From Squalus acanthias (lineage: Eukaryota), in contig CM059433.1 in NCBI GenBank assembly GCA_030390025.1, positions 15,936,001 to 16,000,000 on the forward strand: a stretch of 64,000 nucleotides of DNA. The letters are read 5' to 3'. The position numbers and the translations under genes are program-made. Below, piece by piece: positions 25,470 to 39,364 of this stretch. Below the pieces are notes generated by a model. That model was not told where the DNA came from, did not search any database, and worked only from the letters and a program-made list of their open reading frames with translations. Position 1 is the first letter of the stretch; each line of letters opens with the position of its first letter.

Positions 25470-25846
25470 AAAAAGATAGAAAGAAAGAAATTAGCGCCTT
25501 TCACGACCTCAGGATGTCCCAAAGCACTTTCCAGCCAATGAAGTACTTTTTGAAGTGTATTCACTGTTGTATTAAAGGAAACGTGGCAGCCAATTTGTGC
25601 ACAGCAAGCTCCCAAAAACACCAACGAGATAATGACCAGATAAACTGTTTTAGTGATGTTGGTTGAGGGATAAATGTTGGCCAGGACATGGGGAGAACTG
25701 CTTTGCTCTTCTTTGAATTGTGCCATGGGATCTTTTACGTCCACCTGAGAGAGCAGACGGGGCCTCGGTTTAACATCTCATCCAAAAGACGGCCCCTCCG
25801 GCAGTGCAGCACTGGAGTGCCAGCCTAGATTTTGGGCTCAAGTCTC
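25470..25846 (-). mobile_element. SacSINE1/DeuSINE-like SINE, 5' truncated
   Basis: Matches body and tail of 54304-54757. Confidence 0.8.
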
Positions 25847-26299
25847 ATTATCTTTCATATTTGTTATGACCTATAATGACACTGTGGAGATGATTACTAA
25901 TATTTGGTGACCCATGTAACAAATATTCTCAGGAAAATATATTTCACCCTGAATCATCAGAGATTCCAGAGGTAGTAACTGCATCTGTTGTAACCCAATG
26001 AATCATCAGAATAAATATCCCCAACAACATTAGTACCACCACAACATAAAAGAATGTACATCACAACTATAAAGCACAATCTTTCCCAATGCGATCATGT
26101 ACCAGTGTCCAATCCGAATCTTGCTTGAGATTTACTAATTTTGTACTCATGTCCTCTAGTAATGCAGCCAAAATTTAAAGTAAAGAATATATTTATATTG
26201 TCTGTACGTTTCAGCCTTTTAAAAGTAGGAATGACGTACTCTCTTGATTTTACTTTCTCTAAAAAGAGTTTCATTTCTGTGAGGCTCTTACTAAATTAA

Positions 26300-27030
26300 A
26301 TTTTAACTCCCAGATTCAACCTGATTATACCCTTCATTTCACCAGTATCCTTTTCAAGATAGGTTGACCAAAATTGTACACAATATTCTAAATGTGGCCT
26401 TATCAATGTGTTTCACAGGGTTAAAATAGTCTGTTTCAACATGTAATCAAATGCCCTCAATGTGCATCCAGTATATGTTTAGCTTTTTTGATAACACCAT
26501 TCACTTTGGATATTTTCAGTGAATGGTGAAGAATCATACCCCTATCTTCAATCTTTTCTAAAATAAAAACAGAAAATGCTGGAAATACTCAGCAGGTCAG
26601 GATGCATCTGTGGAGAGAGAAACAGAGTTAACATTTCAGCTCTGTTAATCGATTAAAGGAGAAAACAACACTTTAAATTACCAGTGATTCCCTCCCTATA
26701 ATGGGCAGTACCTGTCTCTGTTGCATTGGATGAAGTCTTTGCCAAAAGCAAGGGCACCCATTTCTAAAAGGAACCTACATTATAATCCACCTTCCAATCT
26801 TTAGCCCCTTCACATAATTTGCCCAGGTTCCTTTGATTACTATCAATTTCTCCTGAACTGATAATGTGTCACGAAGCTCTGTGTCATCAGTAAATGTAAT
26901 TATATTGTAAGCATTATCCTCACAGCAAATAATTCAAGGCCCAAAACAAATATCTGCACAACTCCACTTGATAATTACCTCCTAGGTCAAGCCTTGTCAT
27001 TTTAACCCTTCTGTTTTCTACTGCTAGCCA
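26300..27030 (-). mobile_element. Old CR1 RT fragment with inserted Penelope repeat piece (26560-26640)
   Basis: Minus strand SGVVQI..LGLELF, FTDDT, RPHLEYCVQFWS. Confidence 0.65.
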
Positions 27031-27497
27031 AATTTTCAATCGAAGTAGCTAATTCAGCATTAGTTCTGTGAACCTTATCATGTAGAAGAGAGTGCAGCTA
27101 GATAAATTGAGAAGGCAAGGAGCTGGTACTGAAATCAATCAAGAAACGGGTAGGCTAAGGTGGCAGTAGGTAGCTATAATTGGCCTTAGGAAAGTGTAAT
27201 AGAGCTACTGGTGAACTACTGATGTATATAATTATAAAGCCATATGCAGTACAGTTCTTACCGGAAGCCATGTTGTGCTGTTGTGTATATATGCTGTGTC
27301 TCAAGATATCACAGAATTGGCGATGACGATGCGATTGCGGATTCCCTAGCTGAAATTTTTGTTGGAGGGTAATCCTGTCAACCGACAGTGGGACTGTTAG
27401 AGGTTCTTCACTTTGCAGAAAAACTTAAAAATCCGAGGTAAATTCGAACATATGTAGTTGAACTGTCGACGTTGCCACAGTCCAGATAGCCGTACCT

Positions 27498-28262
27498 ATG
27501 GGAATAATAGGGCGCTTGGGTGAGTTCCATCGTGACCGAGAGACTTTCGGAACGTATGTGGAGCGGCTAGAAATGTTTTTCACTGCGAATAGTATTGTCG
27601 AAGTCCCCAATGATGTAAACCGTAACCGGGCGGTTTTAGAAATGAAATGGGCTTTTTTTTGACTGAAGCAGGCCCTGATGTGAATGAAACCCTGAATAAT
27701 TTGCTTGCACTCGCCAAGCCGAAGGGCACACCACTGAAGGAGATCCTAACCAAGTTAGAACAGCACTACAGTCCGGAGCCCCTGGAAATTGCTGAAAGTT
27801 ATCGTTTTGGAACACGCAATCAATTAAATAATGAGGGTATCAGTGAGTACATTCTAGCTTTACATAAGCTATCCATTCACTGTCATTTCGGAAACTTTCA
27901 GGACTGAGCTTTGCGTGACCGCTTTGTTTGTGGGTTGAAAAATGAACATATCAGAAGTAAATTGTTGACAACCCCTAACTTGACTTTTGACTTAGCTTGT
28001 CAGACAGCTGTGTCGATGGATATGGCCGACCGATACTCCCGAGAGTTCCGCGCAATTTCCAGTCGTCAGACAACCGAGGTGAATCAGCTGCAGGCTAAAA
28101 GTAAAAGGCAGTTGGGCCCCAAGGCCTCAGCAACCGGCCAAGGTAACAGTGCATTGAAGCCATGCTACCAGTGCCTGGGACAACACGTCGCTCAAAGCTG
28201 TCCATATGTGAAGGCAGAGTGTTTCTACTGCAAGAAAACTGGGCATCTTGCGATGGTGTGCC
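27498..28262 (+). pseudogene. Gypsy gag with zinc knuckles
   Basis: MGIIGRLGEF..TYVERLEMFF, HYSPEPLEIAESYRF, RDRFVCGL, CYQCLGQHVAQSC, CFYCKKTGHLAMVC; frameshift and stop. Confidence 0.88.
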
Positions 28263-29451
28263 ATCCCCATCACAAGTTACACCCAATAAGGAAGAAGTGT
28301 TCTATTTCTCATACATTGATGAGTTGCCAGTCACAGCTGAAGAGATTGGTAGAGCAACCAAATGTGAACCAATTATGTCAAAGGTGTATGATTACATAGC
28401 AAATGGATGGCCAAACCAGGTATCAGAGAAAGATATCCATCCATACGTCATTCGTAGGAATTAATTGTCAGTGGATAAAGATTGTATCATGTGGGGAGCA
28501 AGAGTGGTTGTTCCAAATAGGTTCAGGTCTAAATTGTTAGAAGATCTTCATGACCAGTACCTGGGAATGTGCTTGACCAAGAGTTTTGCACAGAGTTACT
28601 TATGGTGGCCAGGTTTAGATAAAGAGATAGAGTACATAGTCAGTCAGTGTACAACATGTCAATCGGTGAGCAAGAAACCACCATCAGTACCATTACAGCC
28701 ATGGAAATGGCCTCCCAGAGTGTGGCAAGGGTTACATGTAGATTTTGCTGAGCTAGAAGGACAGCAATTGTTCATAGTGATAGATAGTCACTCGAAGTGG
28801 GTAGAGGTGTTTGCAGTGCAGATAATAACAACAAGCAAAACACTAGACAATTTGCGAAGATTGTTTTCTTCATACGGCCTCCCAGAAGAAATTGTGTCTG
28901 ATAATGGGACGTAATTTTGTTCAGAAGAGTTCACACAGTTCATGAGCAGAAACCGGTGTGAAACATACCAAAGTTCCACCGTACCACCCTGCTTCAAATG
29001 GTGCAGCAGAGCGCACAGTACAACTTGTCAAACGTGCCCTCTTCAAGCAAATGTTGGATCCAAATCCAAAGAAACGTCAGTTGTCGTTAGACCACAAACT
29101 GGCAAATTTTCTGATACTACTGGTAGAAAACCAGCAGAGCTGTTTCTCAAACGATAGCCACAAACCAGGTTCTCATTGTTAAAGCCAAACTTGGCACAGT
29201 CCGTAGAAGAGAAACAATCAAGGCAGAAAGAGAGTCATGATAAAGGTAGAGTTAGAGAGAGAAGTGTGAAGTTGAACCAGAAGGTTAAAGTGAAGAACCA
29301 TCACCATAAATGGTTAAAGTGGTTACCAGGAAGAGCAGTGAAGATATGTGGCCCTCACACATATTTGGTCAAGATGTTTGATCATGGAAAGGTTAGGTTT
29401 GTTCACATTGATCATATTTTACCTACAGATGTGGAAGAAGTTGACAGCTGA
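28263..29451 (+). pseudogene. Gypsy integrase
   Basis: WWPGLDKEIE..C..CQ, LHVDFA, IVSDNG, PPYHPASNGAAER; stops and frameshifts. Confidence 0.9.
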
Positions 29452-29498
29452 GATGATTCAATTTATTCTGATGAGTCAGATAGTCTTGTTACAAGTAG

Positions 29499-29981
29499 AG
29501 TAACAAGCATCGAAGCTTTGACCACGCTCGATCAGCTCCGATGGGCGGGTCGCATTGTCCGCATGCCCGATACGAGACTCCCAAAACAAGCGCTCTACTC
29601 GGAGCTCCGGCATGGCAAGAGAGCCCCAGGTGGGCAGAGGAAACGCTTCAAGGACACCCTCAAAGCCTCCTTGAAAAAGTGTAACATCCCCACCGACACC
29701 TGGGAATCCCTGGTCCAAGACCGCACAAAGTGGAGGAGAAGCATCCGGGAAGGCGCCGAACACCTCGAGTCTCTTCGCCGGGAACAAGCGGAGGCCAAGC
29801 GCAGGCAGCGCAAGGAGCGCACATCAACCCAAGCACCCCACCCACCTGCCCCTTCAACCACCGTCTGCCCCACCTGTGACAGAGCCTGTAGGTCCCGCAT
29901 TGGACTCATCAGTCACCTGCGAACTCATTTTTAATGTGGAAGCAAGTCATCCTCGGTTCCAAGGGACTGCCTAAGAAGAAG
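29499..29981 (+). mobile_element. RTE-clade LINE 3' fragment inserted in the Gypsy element
   Basis: QLRWAG..RMPDTRLPKQALYSEL..GGQRKRFKDTLK, C2H2 CPTC..HLRTH; (aag)n tail; probable TSD aagtag. Confidence 0.9.
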
Positions 29982-30587
29982 AAGTAGCAAATCCTACATC
30001 AGACGCACCAGAAACAAGTCCAAGAGAAAGTCAGAATTTAAGTCTGAGCCCGAGTCAGGCAGACAAACAGTCTGAAAGTGTAGAGAGTTCAAATGTAGAT
30101 CAAGGTCAGCCCTTGGAGAAAAATTTTCCACAGGCTCAGCCTAGAATGAGTCCAAGTCCTACAACAAGATCTGAAAGTTCTGTTCAAGAAAGAAGGTATC
30201 CTCTTCAAAACAGAAAACCAGTGGTTAAGTTTAATCTGTTAATATGGAAAATAAGTTCATATCTTTTGTTTGTGTTACAGAATTCTATAGTAGAATTTGG
30301 AAATATAAAATGGGTTCCATTTGAAAAATGTATACCAAGAGTTGTGTATACCATGCAAGTCATGTACAATGATTATTTGCTATGATTAACTTCTTCAATA
30401 AGGAGGGAGAAGTATGATAGAGCCACCTGGTGGACTACTGATGTATATAATAATAAAGCCATGTGCAGTGCAGTTCTTACTGGAAGCCATGTTGTGCTGT
30501 TGCATATATATGCTGTGTCTCAAGATATCACAGAAAGGAAAGGAAAAATAAGCCCTTCTGGAAGTGTGCATTGTGCACCTTGGGTAA

Positions 30588-30790
30588 GGACAGGATTTGG
30601 CTTGTCTATGATGCTCATCATGATTGAATAGCCTGCTGACACTCATGGCTAAGGCTCATTTATGAATCATGGTCACTTAGGCAAGGTACCAGTGAGTAAC
30701 TGGTCCCCATGAAACCCTACCTCAGTAAGGAGTCAACGTCTGCAGGAGGAGAAGGGATAAATTTAGCCGAGCAGAGAAAAATTGGTGAGG
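30588..30790 (+). mobile_element. LF-SINE-like 3' half
   Basis: ggacaggatttggcttg..gaatagcctgctgacactca..ggtcacttaggcaaggtacc..gagtcaacg. Confidence 0.7.
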
Positions 30791-30884
30791 AAAAGCAGAC
30801 TGACTAAGCTATTTTTTTTCCTCAAATCTTTCTCTATCCTAATCCAATCTCAGAAAAGCACTCTTACTGCATGAGTGAGACATT

Positions 30885-31125
30885 TTCCATTTCCCACGTC
30901 AGCCATCCTATCCTGTAGCCTCTCTGCATGAGACTGCCAATTTGGCATCATACTAGAGACGGTTTTATCCTGTGTGACAATGCCTAGTAGGAACTTATTG
31001 GGATTGCCCCAGCTTATTTCCGATAGGACTCTAATAGACAAGAGAAACTTTCAACCCATCAGTCAGGGCTGCATCTACATCCAGATCCCTGAGATGAAAA
31101 GCAATGAACCCACTGCACCATTCAG
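30885..31125 (-). mobile_element. Old tRNA-derived SINE, family tentative (AmnSINE2-like)
   Basis: Minus strand ctgaatggtgcagtgggt (A-box-like) followed by a degenerate B-box region. Confidence 0.4.
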
Positions 31126-32514
31126 TCTCCCCCAAATTAACTTTTTGATTTGTTTTAGAATATATTAACGGTAGTCCATAAGCAAAGTCTTATGTACAGA
31201 TCTCCAAGAGAAGAATTAGTTTTCAAACATTTTACTAAGTAATAAGACTCCCACTAATGACTAACGCTTGGTCCTAATAGAAAAGCCAATCAAATATATT
31301 GTCAGTGACCAAAGAAGCTGCGCAGGGTTAATATTTATGCAGTTTTCTTTTTGGTTTCATGATGTATACCCAATCCATATCTGGTCAATAAGCTTATTAC
31401 TCGCCCACACAAGTAAAGAGGAGCACTTTTAAATTATACAAAGTTAACACAAATACTCCCTTGAGCCAAATTGGAAATGTCCAAGAGGTTGCTTGAGCTT
31501 CCATTAACCTTGATATCTTTTGCAGACAGTATCAATTAAACTATCTAACAGCCAAAAATATCATACCGTATTTTATTTTAGAGTCTGACCTAGACTGAAG
31601 AAATAATTGATTTTGTTCCCCTTTCTGCTGATACAAAATTAGTATCAAATGCCACCGGCTCCAGTGTGAAGGAGTGATAACTTGTAACTGATAGTACACT
31701 GGGAAAGTTTAAATACCCAGCGCTAGTATCGAGAGGATGTCTGAATTTTCCTATCGACAGCAACTTAACTAGACACAAATTAAATTCTGATTTTACATGA
31801 ATGTTTATAGGGAACATACAGGAAAATGGCCACTATAGGGTCTGGAAGCAGTATACGTTTCAAATATGGGTGCAGCTACACTGCCGCTTCTGTCTGCATT
31901 GGCATCTCATTCAGTGCTTGAATTTGACACCCCGCGGAGTGAAACTCCAGTGCAGTAACAAAGTTAAAAAGTGCTTGTGCCCTTTGGATCTCCTGGGCAC
32001 CTTATAAATGACAGCAGAGTTTTTTTTTAATAAATATCTTGAGAACGCAGACACTTTCACCTGGTCTCTCGAAATATTCAAAATTGACAATTGGGTGTGG
32101 ACCTGTGCCCATGTGTAAGCATGAATGCCCAGAGCTTTCCCTGGCACTGAGACTACTGTTCTCGGTCACAAGCAACCCTCAGTATAACATGGGTTAAACT
32201 GGCTGTAATAGTAGTTACCTGTCTCAGACCAGTAACACATGTTTAGTCCGTAATAATCTATTTCATTAATTTTCCAATAAGTTAATTTTATATATATTAT
32301 ATTATAACTTTTAATTGTCCTTCAATTTTAAAATCTTATCAAAACTATTAACTGTTTCTGGCATACAGCCCAGCACTATTCTTTTCAAAGTAGAATTAAC
32401 GCAAAATTCCATATTTAAAAACAAACATGATAATGTTGCAAAATGGGAGGGGAAGGTCACAGTTAGTCTAGTTATAGAGGAAGGAATTAACCAATAGTCA
32501 GAAAAATAGCTTGA

Positions 32515-32935
32515 TCGGCAGCCCATCCACCACCTTAAACAGCCACCCCCTCCACCACCAGCGTATTGTGCATGCAGTGTGTACTATCTAAAGGATGCAC
32601 TATAGCAACTCGCCAAGGTATCTTTGACAGCCTCTCAAACCCACAAACTCCACCTAGAAGGACAAGGGCAGCAGGCGCATGGGAACACCACCTCCTCCAA
32701 GTTCCCCTCCAAGTCACACACCATCCTGACTTGGAAATATATCGCCGTTCCTTCATCGTCGCTGGGTCAAAATCCTGGAACTCCCTCCCTAACAGCACTG
32801 TGGGAGTACCTTCACCACACGGACTGCAGCGGTTCAAGAAGAAAATTCACCACCATCTTCTCAAGGGAAACTAGGGATGGGCAATTTAGCTGGACTTGCT
32901 AGTGACGCCAATATCCTGAGAATGAATTTTGAAAA
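32515..32935 (+). mobile_element. CR1-group LINE 3' fragment
   Basis: Matches 4965-5400. Confidence 0.88.
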
Positions 32936-33195
32936 AGACTGGAAAAGAAACATCTGGCCTGCAGCACTGACCACAGTGATGTGTAGTGGACCTGTTCTCA
33001 CTGGCACTGCTGCATATAGAGCCATAAAACTGAGAGAACTTAAATAAGATAAAATGAAGCCAAGGAAGTGACCTATAATAGTACTTAATAGTAGCTACCA
33101 TCCCCCTTAACAAGTCAGTGGAGCAGGTAAAGTGATATCCAGCTGTCCTTGCAGCACAAAAGCACAATCTTGTTGTAACCAAAGAACATGCATTT

Positions 33196-33420
33196 CTAAA
33201 ATAACAACAGAAAACGCTGGAAAAACTCAGCAGGCCAGGCAGCATCCGTGGAGAGAGAAACAGAGTTAACGTTCCAGGTCGAAGACCCTTCGTCAGAACT
33301 GGATAAAGCAGGAAATGAAATAGATTTAAAGCAAGGATAAAGCTGGGAAAAGGGGGAGGGGATGAAAGAACAAAAGGAGAGATTAAGAGACATAGAGAGA
33401 CATTAAGAGATGATCAAGGC
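33196..33420 (-). mobile_element. Penelope terminal repeat with mutated hammerhead (GAAA to GGAA)
   Basis: Matches 20459-20552 and the reverse complement of 20800-20980. Confidence 0.8.
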
Positions 33421-34857
33421 AAGAGGAGGTGTTAATGTGACAGGTTGAGGCTAAAAGAAGTGTGAAATGCACTGGCAGAATGAAGGACAGCTGCCAGCTT
33501 CTAGGAGGGAAAAAAATGCATTTCTACATCACCTTATGTACACACAGTGACAAATTCACTCCAGTAGGTGCTTTACTGTAACTCATGATATTGTTTACGA
33601 GCACCGTGATCTAAGGATTGTTTCGAGCATTTCACAGAGATTGGGAAAACACAATCAATAGCTGTGATAAATATGACAGTCTTTGTTGCAAATTGATGTC
33701 ACTACGTTATAGTTGCATAAAGCAACCAGAATTTTAATGGTGATGAACTCCCTTCCCTGCCACCCCCCTTACAATTCTTTTAAGTGCATTAAAACATTAA
33801 ACTTATATGTTCCAAGCTTAACTTTGACGAAGCTGCCTTTTAAAAAAATACATTTCCAGAATTATAAGTCAGATTGGTGGATCGTGTGGTGAGTCAAAAA
33901 TTATGGCAGCATATGTGCCAGCTGCAATTTAAAAAATAAAGCTATCTTGGGCACTTTCAAGGGTGCTGCCTTCTTAATTTGTTTCCTTAAATGGGATTGA
34001 GCTTATCAGCTTGATCTTAAATGGGCTGTGCTGAGCTGCATTCCTGGAAGCTCCTCCTTTGCTGGAAGTGAAGCCAAATGGGTTTACATGGACTTGTGTG
34101 CACTTAAAGTTGCTAGTTGGAAATGTTCAGAAAAACCTGTAAATGAATAATCATTATAAATCTTCTCCGGCAATGATTCCAGTAAACTCTCATCGGATTC
34201 ATAACAAGATAATTTAATGGTAATGTGTAATTAAAAATGTAATAACAACCAGGTATTCTGTCTGTTCAATAATTCCTTATTCTATGCCTCGGACCAACAT
34301 GTTTTCTTTCATTTTTAAAACATAACTGAAGTAAAGAGAAAGGGGACCAGAATTGAAATGAAAGTGGAAATAGGTTTTCGAGCTTATTTTCTGAAATGTT
34401 ATGCAGATTTATATAATATTCACCTGCGTTATCTAGAAAATGGTGAATCTTGATCAATAAAATAATTAGAAGCAAAGGAGACTGTGCGAGGTGGGCAATA
34501 TTTGTAGTTTGCGATATTTAACTTCCTAGTCTGCCCCACTCGGTTATTCTTTTAGTTGCCTCCTACCGTTCTTTAACGCTCCTTGGTTGAAGGGTTGATC
34601 CATGGAGCCCATCAGACAGATATTTCCTTAAAGCGATCACACTGTGCTGGTGTTAGGCAGAGGGAATCCTCATGGAGCACCTCAACTACTCGCCAAGTCC
34701 TACGTAGTTGGTCTGTTTACATTTTTTTTTCAAATGCAGTTGTTACCATTGAGATTTGCTGCATCGATGTCATTAAGCAGAGCAGCAACCAATGGTGGCT
34801 GGAAGACGCCATCTATGGGGATTAATGAGCCATGCCCACTTTTGAAAGGAAAACAAA

Positions 34858-35316
34858 ACGAAAGACTTGCATTCATATGGCGCCTTTCACGACCTCAGGA
34901 CGTCCCAAAGCGCTTTACAGCCAATGAAATACTTTTGAAGTGTAGTCGCTGTTGTACTGTAGGAAACGCGGCAGCCAATTTGGACACAGCAAGCTCCCAC
35001 AAACAGCAATGTGATAATGACCAGATAATCTGTTTGAGTAATGTTGATTGAGGGATAAATATTGACCAGTACACAAGAAGTGACTCCCCTGTTCTTCTTC
35101 GAAATAGTGTTGTGGGATATTTTACATCCACCTGAGAGGGCAGACGGGGCCTCGGTTTAACGTCTCTTCCAAAATACAGCACCTCTGACAGTGCAGCGCT
35201 CCCTCAGCACTGCACTGGAGTGTCAGCCTGGGTTTTTGTGCTCAAGTCCCTGGAGTGGGATTTGAACCATCAACCTTCTGACTCAGAGGCGAGAGTGCTA
35301 CCAACTGAGCCTTGGC
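34858..35316 (-). mobile_element. SacSINE1/DeuSINE-like SINE, near full length
   Basis: tRNA head with A/B boxes on the minus strand, same body as 41535-42008. Confidence 0.88.
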
Positions 35317-35979
35317 TTTCAAGTACTATCTCTCTCTCAGGCTCTGTAGCTTTCAGCAACAGTACATCAGCTGCATGGTGGGTGATGCTCCAGCTGCTAG
35401 CTGCACTTTCTCCCCTGCTCCCCCCCATGAAAACTGCAAGTTAATGTTGGATCTCCACCTAAAGAACTTCAGAGGCTGCCAGTGAGTCACGCTGCACTCT
35501 GGACAAACACTCATTTTATCACGTAGTAAGTATGGTATCAAAGCATCAATCCAATAAGATCTACATGGGTTACTATACATAATTCAAAGAATGAGAGAGC
35601 TCATTAAATCATTTGAACTGAAAAGGGAACATAACATTTGCAGAGTTAGGAGGACATGCCACTGTTTCTCAAGAAAAAGCCATGAGTCCATCCATTAGTC
35701 CTTCCATAGACTATGTAAGATGTACCCCACCCATTTAATCTCCTGAGCAAAAATTCTGCATAGATACAGCCTCATCTCCATAGGCAATGAAGTAAAATTC
35801 CAGAATATTTCTCCATCTTTACATCTCCACCATTGAACCTTGGCCTACTATACTTCAGACAACAGTCCTCTTCCTCTCTCCCCAGCAGCTAAGGAACCAT
35901 CAACTCATGTTGAGTATTTAATCATCTCAGTGCAAATCGTTTCCTATAACTTCCAATCCTGTTACCAATAGAGGCAAAT

Positions 35980-36617
35980 TGTTTTTTTATGCAGCAAGTT
36001 GTTATGATGTGGTACACACTGCCTGAAAGGGTGGTGAAGCAGATTCCCTAAAAAAAGAGACTGAGAGGTGGCCTGATAGAGGTCTTTAAAATTATGAAGG
36101 GATTCCATAGGGTAGACATCGAGAAGATATTTCCACTGTGGGGGAGTCCAAAACTAGGGTCCATAAATATCAGATAAATCCAATAAGGAATTCAGGAGAA
36201 ACTTCAATACTCAGAGAGTAGTGAGAATGTGGAACTCGCTACCACAGGGAGTGCTTGAGGTGATTAGCATAGATGCATTTAAGGGGAAGCTAGATAAATA
36301 CATGAGGGAGAAAGGAATAGAAGGATATCTTGATAGGGTGAGATGAAGTAAGGTGGAAGGAGGCTTGTGTGGAGCATAAACATTGGCCTAGACCTGTTGA
36401 GTCAAATGGTCTGTTTCCGTGCTGTAAAATTCTAGGTAAGATTCAATAGTTACTTTCAAAAGGGAATTGGATATATCCTTGAAAAGGAAAAATTTGCAGG
36501 GCTATGGGGAAAGAGCGGGGCAGTGGGACTAATTGGATAGCGATTTTAAAGAGCCAGCACAGGCATGATGAGCCGAATGACCTCCTTCTATACTGTAAAA
36601 TTCTATGATTCTATGAT
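35980..36617 (+). mobile_element. Two nested CR1 3' ends
   Basis: ctgagaggtggcctgatagagg..., tggaactcgct; tails ctgtaaaattcta and (attctatg)n. Confidence 0.8.
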
Positions 36618-37203
36618 ATCATAATATTCTCTTACTAAGCTGAGGATATAGCTTAAGATAACTGCATAGCAGATGGATATTTTCAAACACCTTTAATATG
36701 TTTCATTCTAAATGCACTTATAAAGATTCAGAAAATCACCCTTTTTGTATATATAGAAATTTTTAAAACAAATTGGTAAGAATGAATAGCACACTAGAGA
36801 CCTGAGGTACTGTACTACAAATGATAGGATATTGGTCCTCCTCATGCTGATTTCCCAATCTCAACCCTATACGATGATAAGAACATAAGGGCCTAAAAAT
36901 TTGTTAGCCCCCAAAAACGGGCGGGGGATTGTGAAGCAAGAGCAACTCACGCCCGTTCAGAGGAATGCAGGAAGCACGTGAACTTCGTACTGCCTGCTCA
37001 TTTACATGATTGCGGCATTCAGCCCAGCACTGAACGCACTGCTGAGTAGCTGAACGTTCAGCAGGGGGCCCAAGTTCATGCGAGGCTAGCACCACTTAAA
37101 GCTAGCCTGCACTATGTAAAGGCAGTCTGCACCTCTTAATGAGAAGGTGCATTCTGTTTGAAGCAGCGCATTCAACTGGATGGGTGTGCAGGAACAACAA
37201 CTA

Positions 37204-37855
37204 ATGATGGCACAACAGAGGAGAGAGCGTGCACCAAGGTTCTTGGTGCAGGAGGTGGATAGAAGGAGAGAGGACCCATTTCCACAAGGGGTCAGGAGGC
37301 CCTCCAGGCAAAATCGGAAAAGGCAATGTGAGCAGATAGCCATAGCTGTCAATGCCAGCAGTGCAGCCCCGAAGACCTGGCTGCAGTGCAGGAAGAAAAT
37401 TGATGACCTCACACGAGTGGTCAAGGTCAGTGAATTCATCTTCAAATGCCATATCCCACCATCTACATCACTAGCCTCACACACTGCTCAATGAACCACA
37501 ACTCCATCACTCACCTACGAACAATTTCTACCAAACACGACTCATACCCCACATTCAGAGCTTCACCTCACTTTCACACACTTACCAAAGCTGCAAGCCT
37601 CACACCCACATCTCACAGCTTGCACATAGTGTCAGCTATTCAATCATGACAGGCACATCACCCAAACACAATGCACCAGACTCACTGACACACTTCCCTT
37701 TGACGTACAGAACAAGCTGACTCACAATCGGAGCCAGCAGGGTCTACCCAAAGGGGCACAGGCGCACCTGCATAATCTTACCCCCATGGAGGAGACGGTG
37801 CTGGCCATTCTTGGGAGGGCAATTGCTGAGCCCGTGGTGAGCGGCGGGAACTGAA
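37204..37855 (+). pseudogene. Harbinger Myb/SANT-like gene remnant (exon 1 to ~37425, exon 2 from ~37711)
   Basis: MAQQRRERAPRF..EVDRRRE..EQIAIAVNA..TWLQCRKKIDDLTRVVK then gtcagt donor; acag acceptor before NKLTHN. Confidence 0.8.
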
Positions 37856-38150
37856 GCAATCCATCCTTCTCACATCCCACTTCTCCCTCATCACACAATC
37901 TCTTCTGATTTACAAGCTGCACATGGTGTAAGCATGCATCTCTTGCTTACCCCCCCCCCCCCCACCCACCCCACTGAAGACAGGCACTAAAAGAATGCAT
38001 AAGGGTGATTAGTTGACTTTGTTATGTAATATTGGATGGATTGATGTATAAAGTTGGATTGGAATGTTTCTTTTGTGGTGGCTTTTAGTTCAGCATTGTA
38101 GCAAAGAGGCACTGTGATGGTCAGTAACAGAGGGAAGGGAAGGTGTGGGA

Positions 38151-39364
38151 CTATTGTTCAATGGGGAACTGGGGTTGCAGTCGGATGAGTCAATAACGGA
38201 CAGCCCGTGCAGAATGGGGCTGTCTGGTTTTTACATAGGATTACATTTGCCTCCTCCCTTCCGCTTCCTTCTCTTCTGCTTCCTCCTTCTCTTCCGCTTC
38301 CTCTTCCTCCTCCTCCTATGCTGCTTCCTTCTCCTCAGCTGATCACTGTATGCCTGGTGGCAAGGGCTGTGCCCTCATGATGGCGAGGTGGTGGAGAATG
38401 CAGCAGACCACGACGAATCTTGAGACATGCTCTGGTGAGTACTGCAGGGCTCCTCCAGAGTAGTCCAGGCAGCGGAAGCATTGCTTAAGGATGCCAATGG
38501 CTTGCTCTATCAGATTCCGTGTGGCACCATGGCTCTCATTGTACGCATGCTGCGCACATGTGGTTGGGTTGTGGAGCAGAGTCATGAGCCAGGTGGTCAG
38601 CGGATAACCCTTGTCGCCCAGTAGCCACCCTCTGGTTTATTGTGGTGGCTCAAAGACTGAGGGAACAGCGGCAGGCGTAGAATAAAAGCATCATGACTGC
38701 TGCCAGGATACCAGGCATTCACCATCATGATGTGCTGAGCATGGTCGCACACCAACTGCACTTTCAGTGAATGGTAACCTTTGCGGTTGCGGTAGATCTG
38801 AGCATTTATATACAGTGCCCGCAAAACCATGTGCATGCAGTCGATGGCGCCCTGGACCATGGGGAAGCCTGCTATCCTGGCAAAGCCAGGTGCAAGCTCT
38901 GCCTGCTTCCCTCTCAACAGTGAGAAGAAATGAACTCCCCTCTCCTGGCATAAAGAGCATCTGTCACCTCTCTTATGCAGCAGTGGATGTCGAACTGGGA
39001 GATGTTACAGATGTCACCTGCTCCAGCCTGGAAGGATCCCGACGCAAGGAAATTCAGGGCCATGGTCACCTTCGCAAACACTGGCTGTACTGTCCTGGCA
39101 CTGATGTGAGGCTGCAGGTCTGGTTGCAAGAGGTGGCAGAGTTCTGTGAGCACCTCTTTCGTAAAGCGCAGACGCCTCACACACTGCTCCTGGCTCAGGC
39201 TGAGGTAAGAGAATTGCTCTTGGAAGACCTTAGGTGGGTTAGGCCTCCTGCTGAGAGCCCTTCTCCCCCCTCCCTCTGTAAACAGCTTGTCCTCTTCTTT
39301 GCTGCCTCTGCTCCATCTCCCTGTCATGCTGCAGGCCAAGGGGGATGACAACTAGAGCACCCAT
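38151..39364 (-). pseudogene. Harbinger DDE transposase, frameshifted
   Basis: [58 protein letters not shown]. Confidence 0.9.

Larger units (their letters stand above)
27195..30532 (+). mobile_element. Internally deleted Gypsy (K02A2.6-like) LTR retrotransposon
   Basis: LTRs 27195-27313 and 30413-30532 (~120 bp); 5-bp TSD GAAAG; PBS-like tggcgatga after the 5' LTR; PPT aaggagggagaag before the 3' LTR. Confidence 0.93.
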
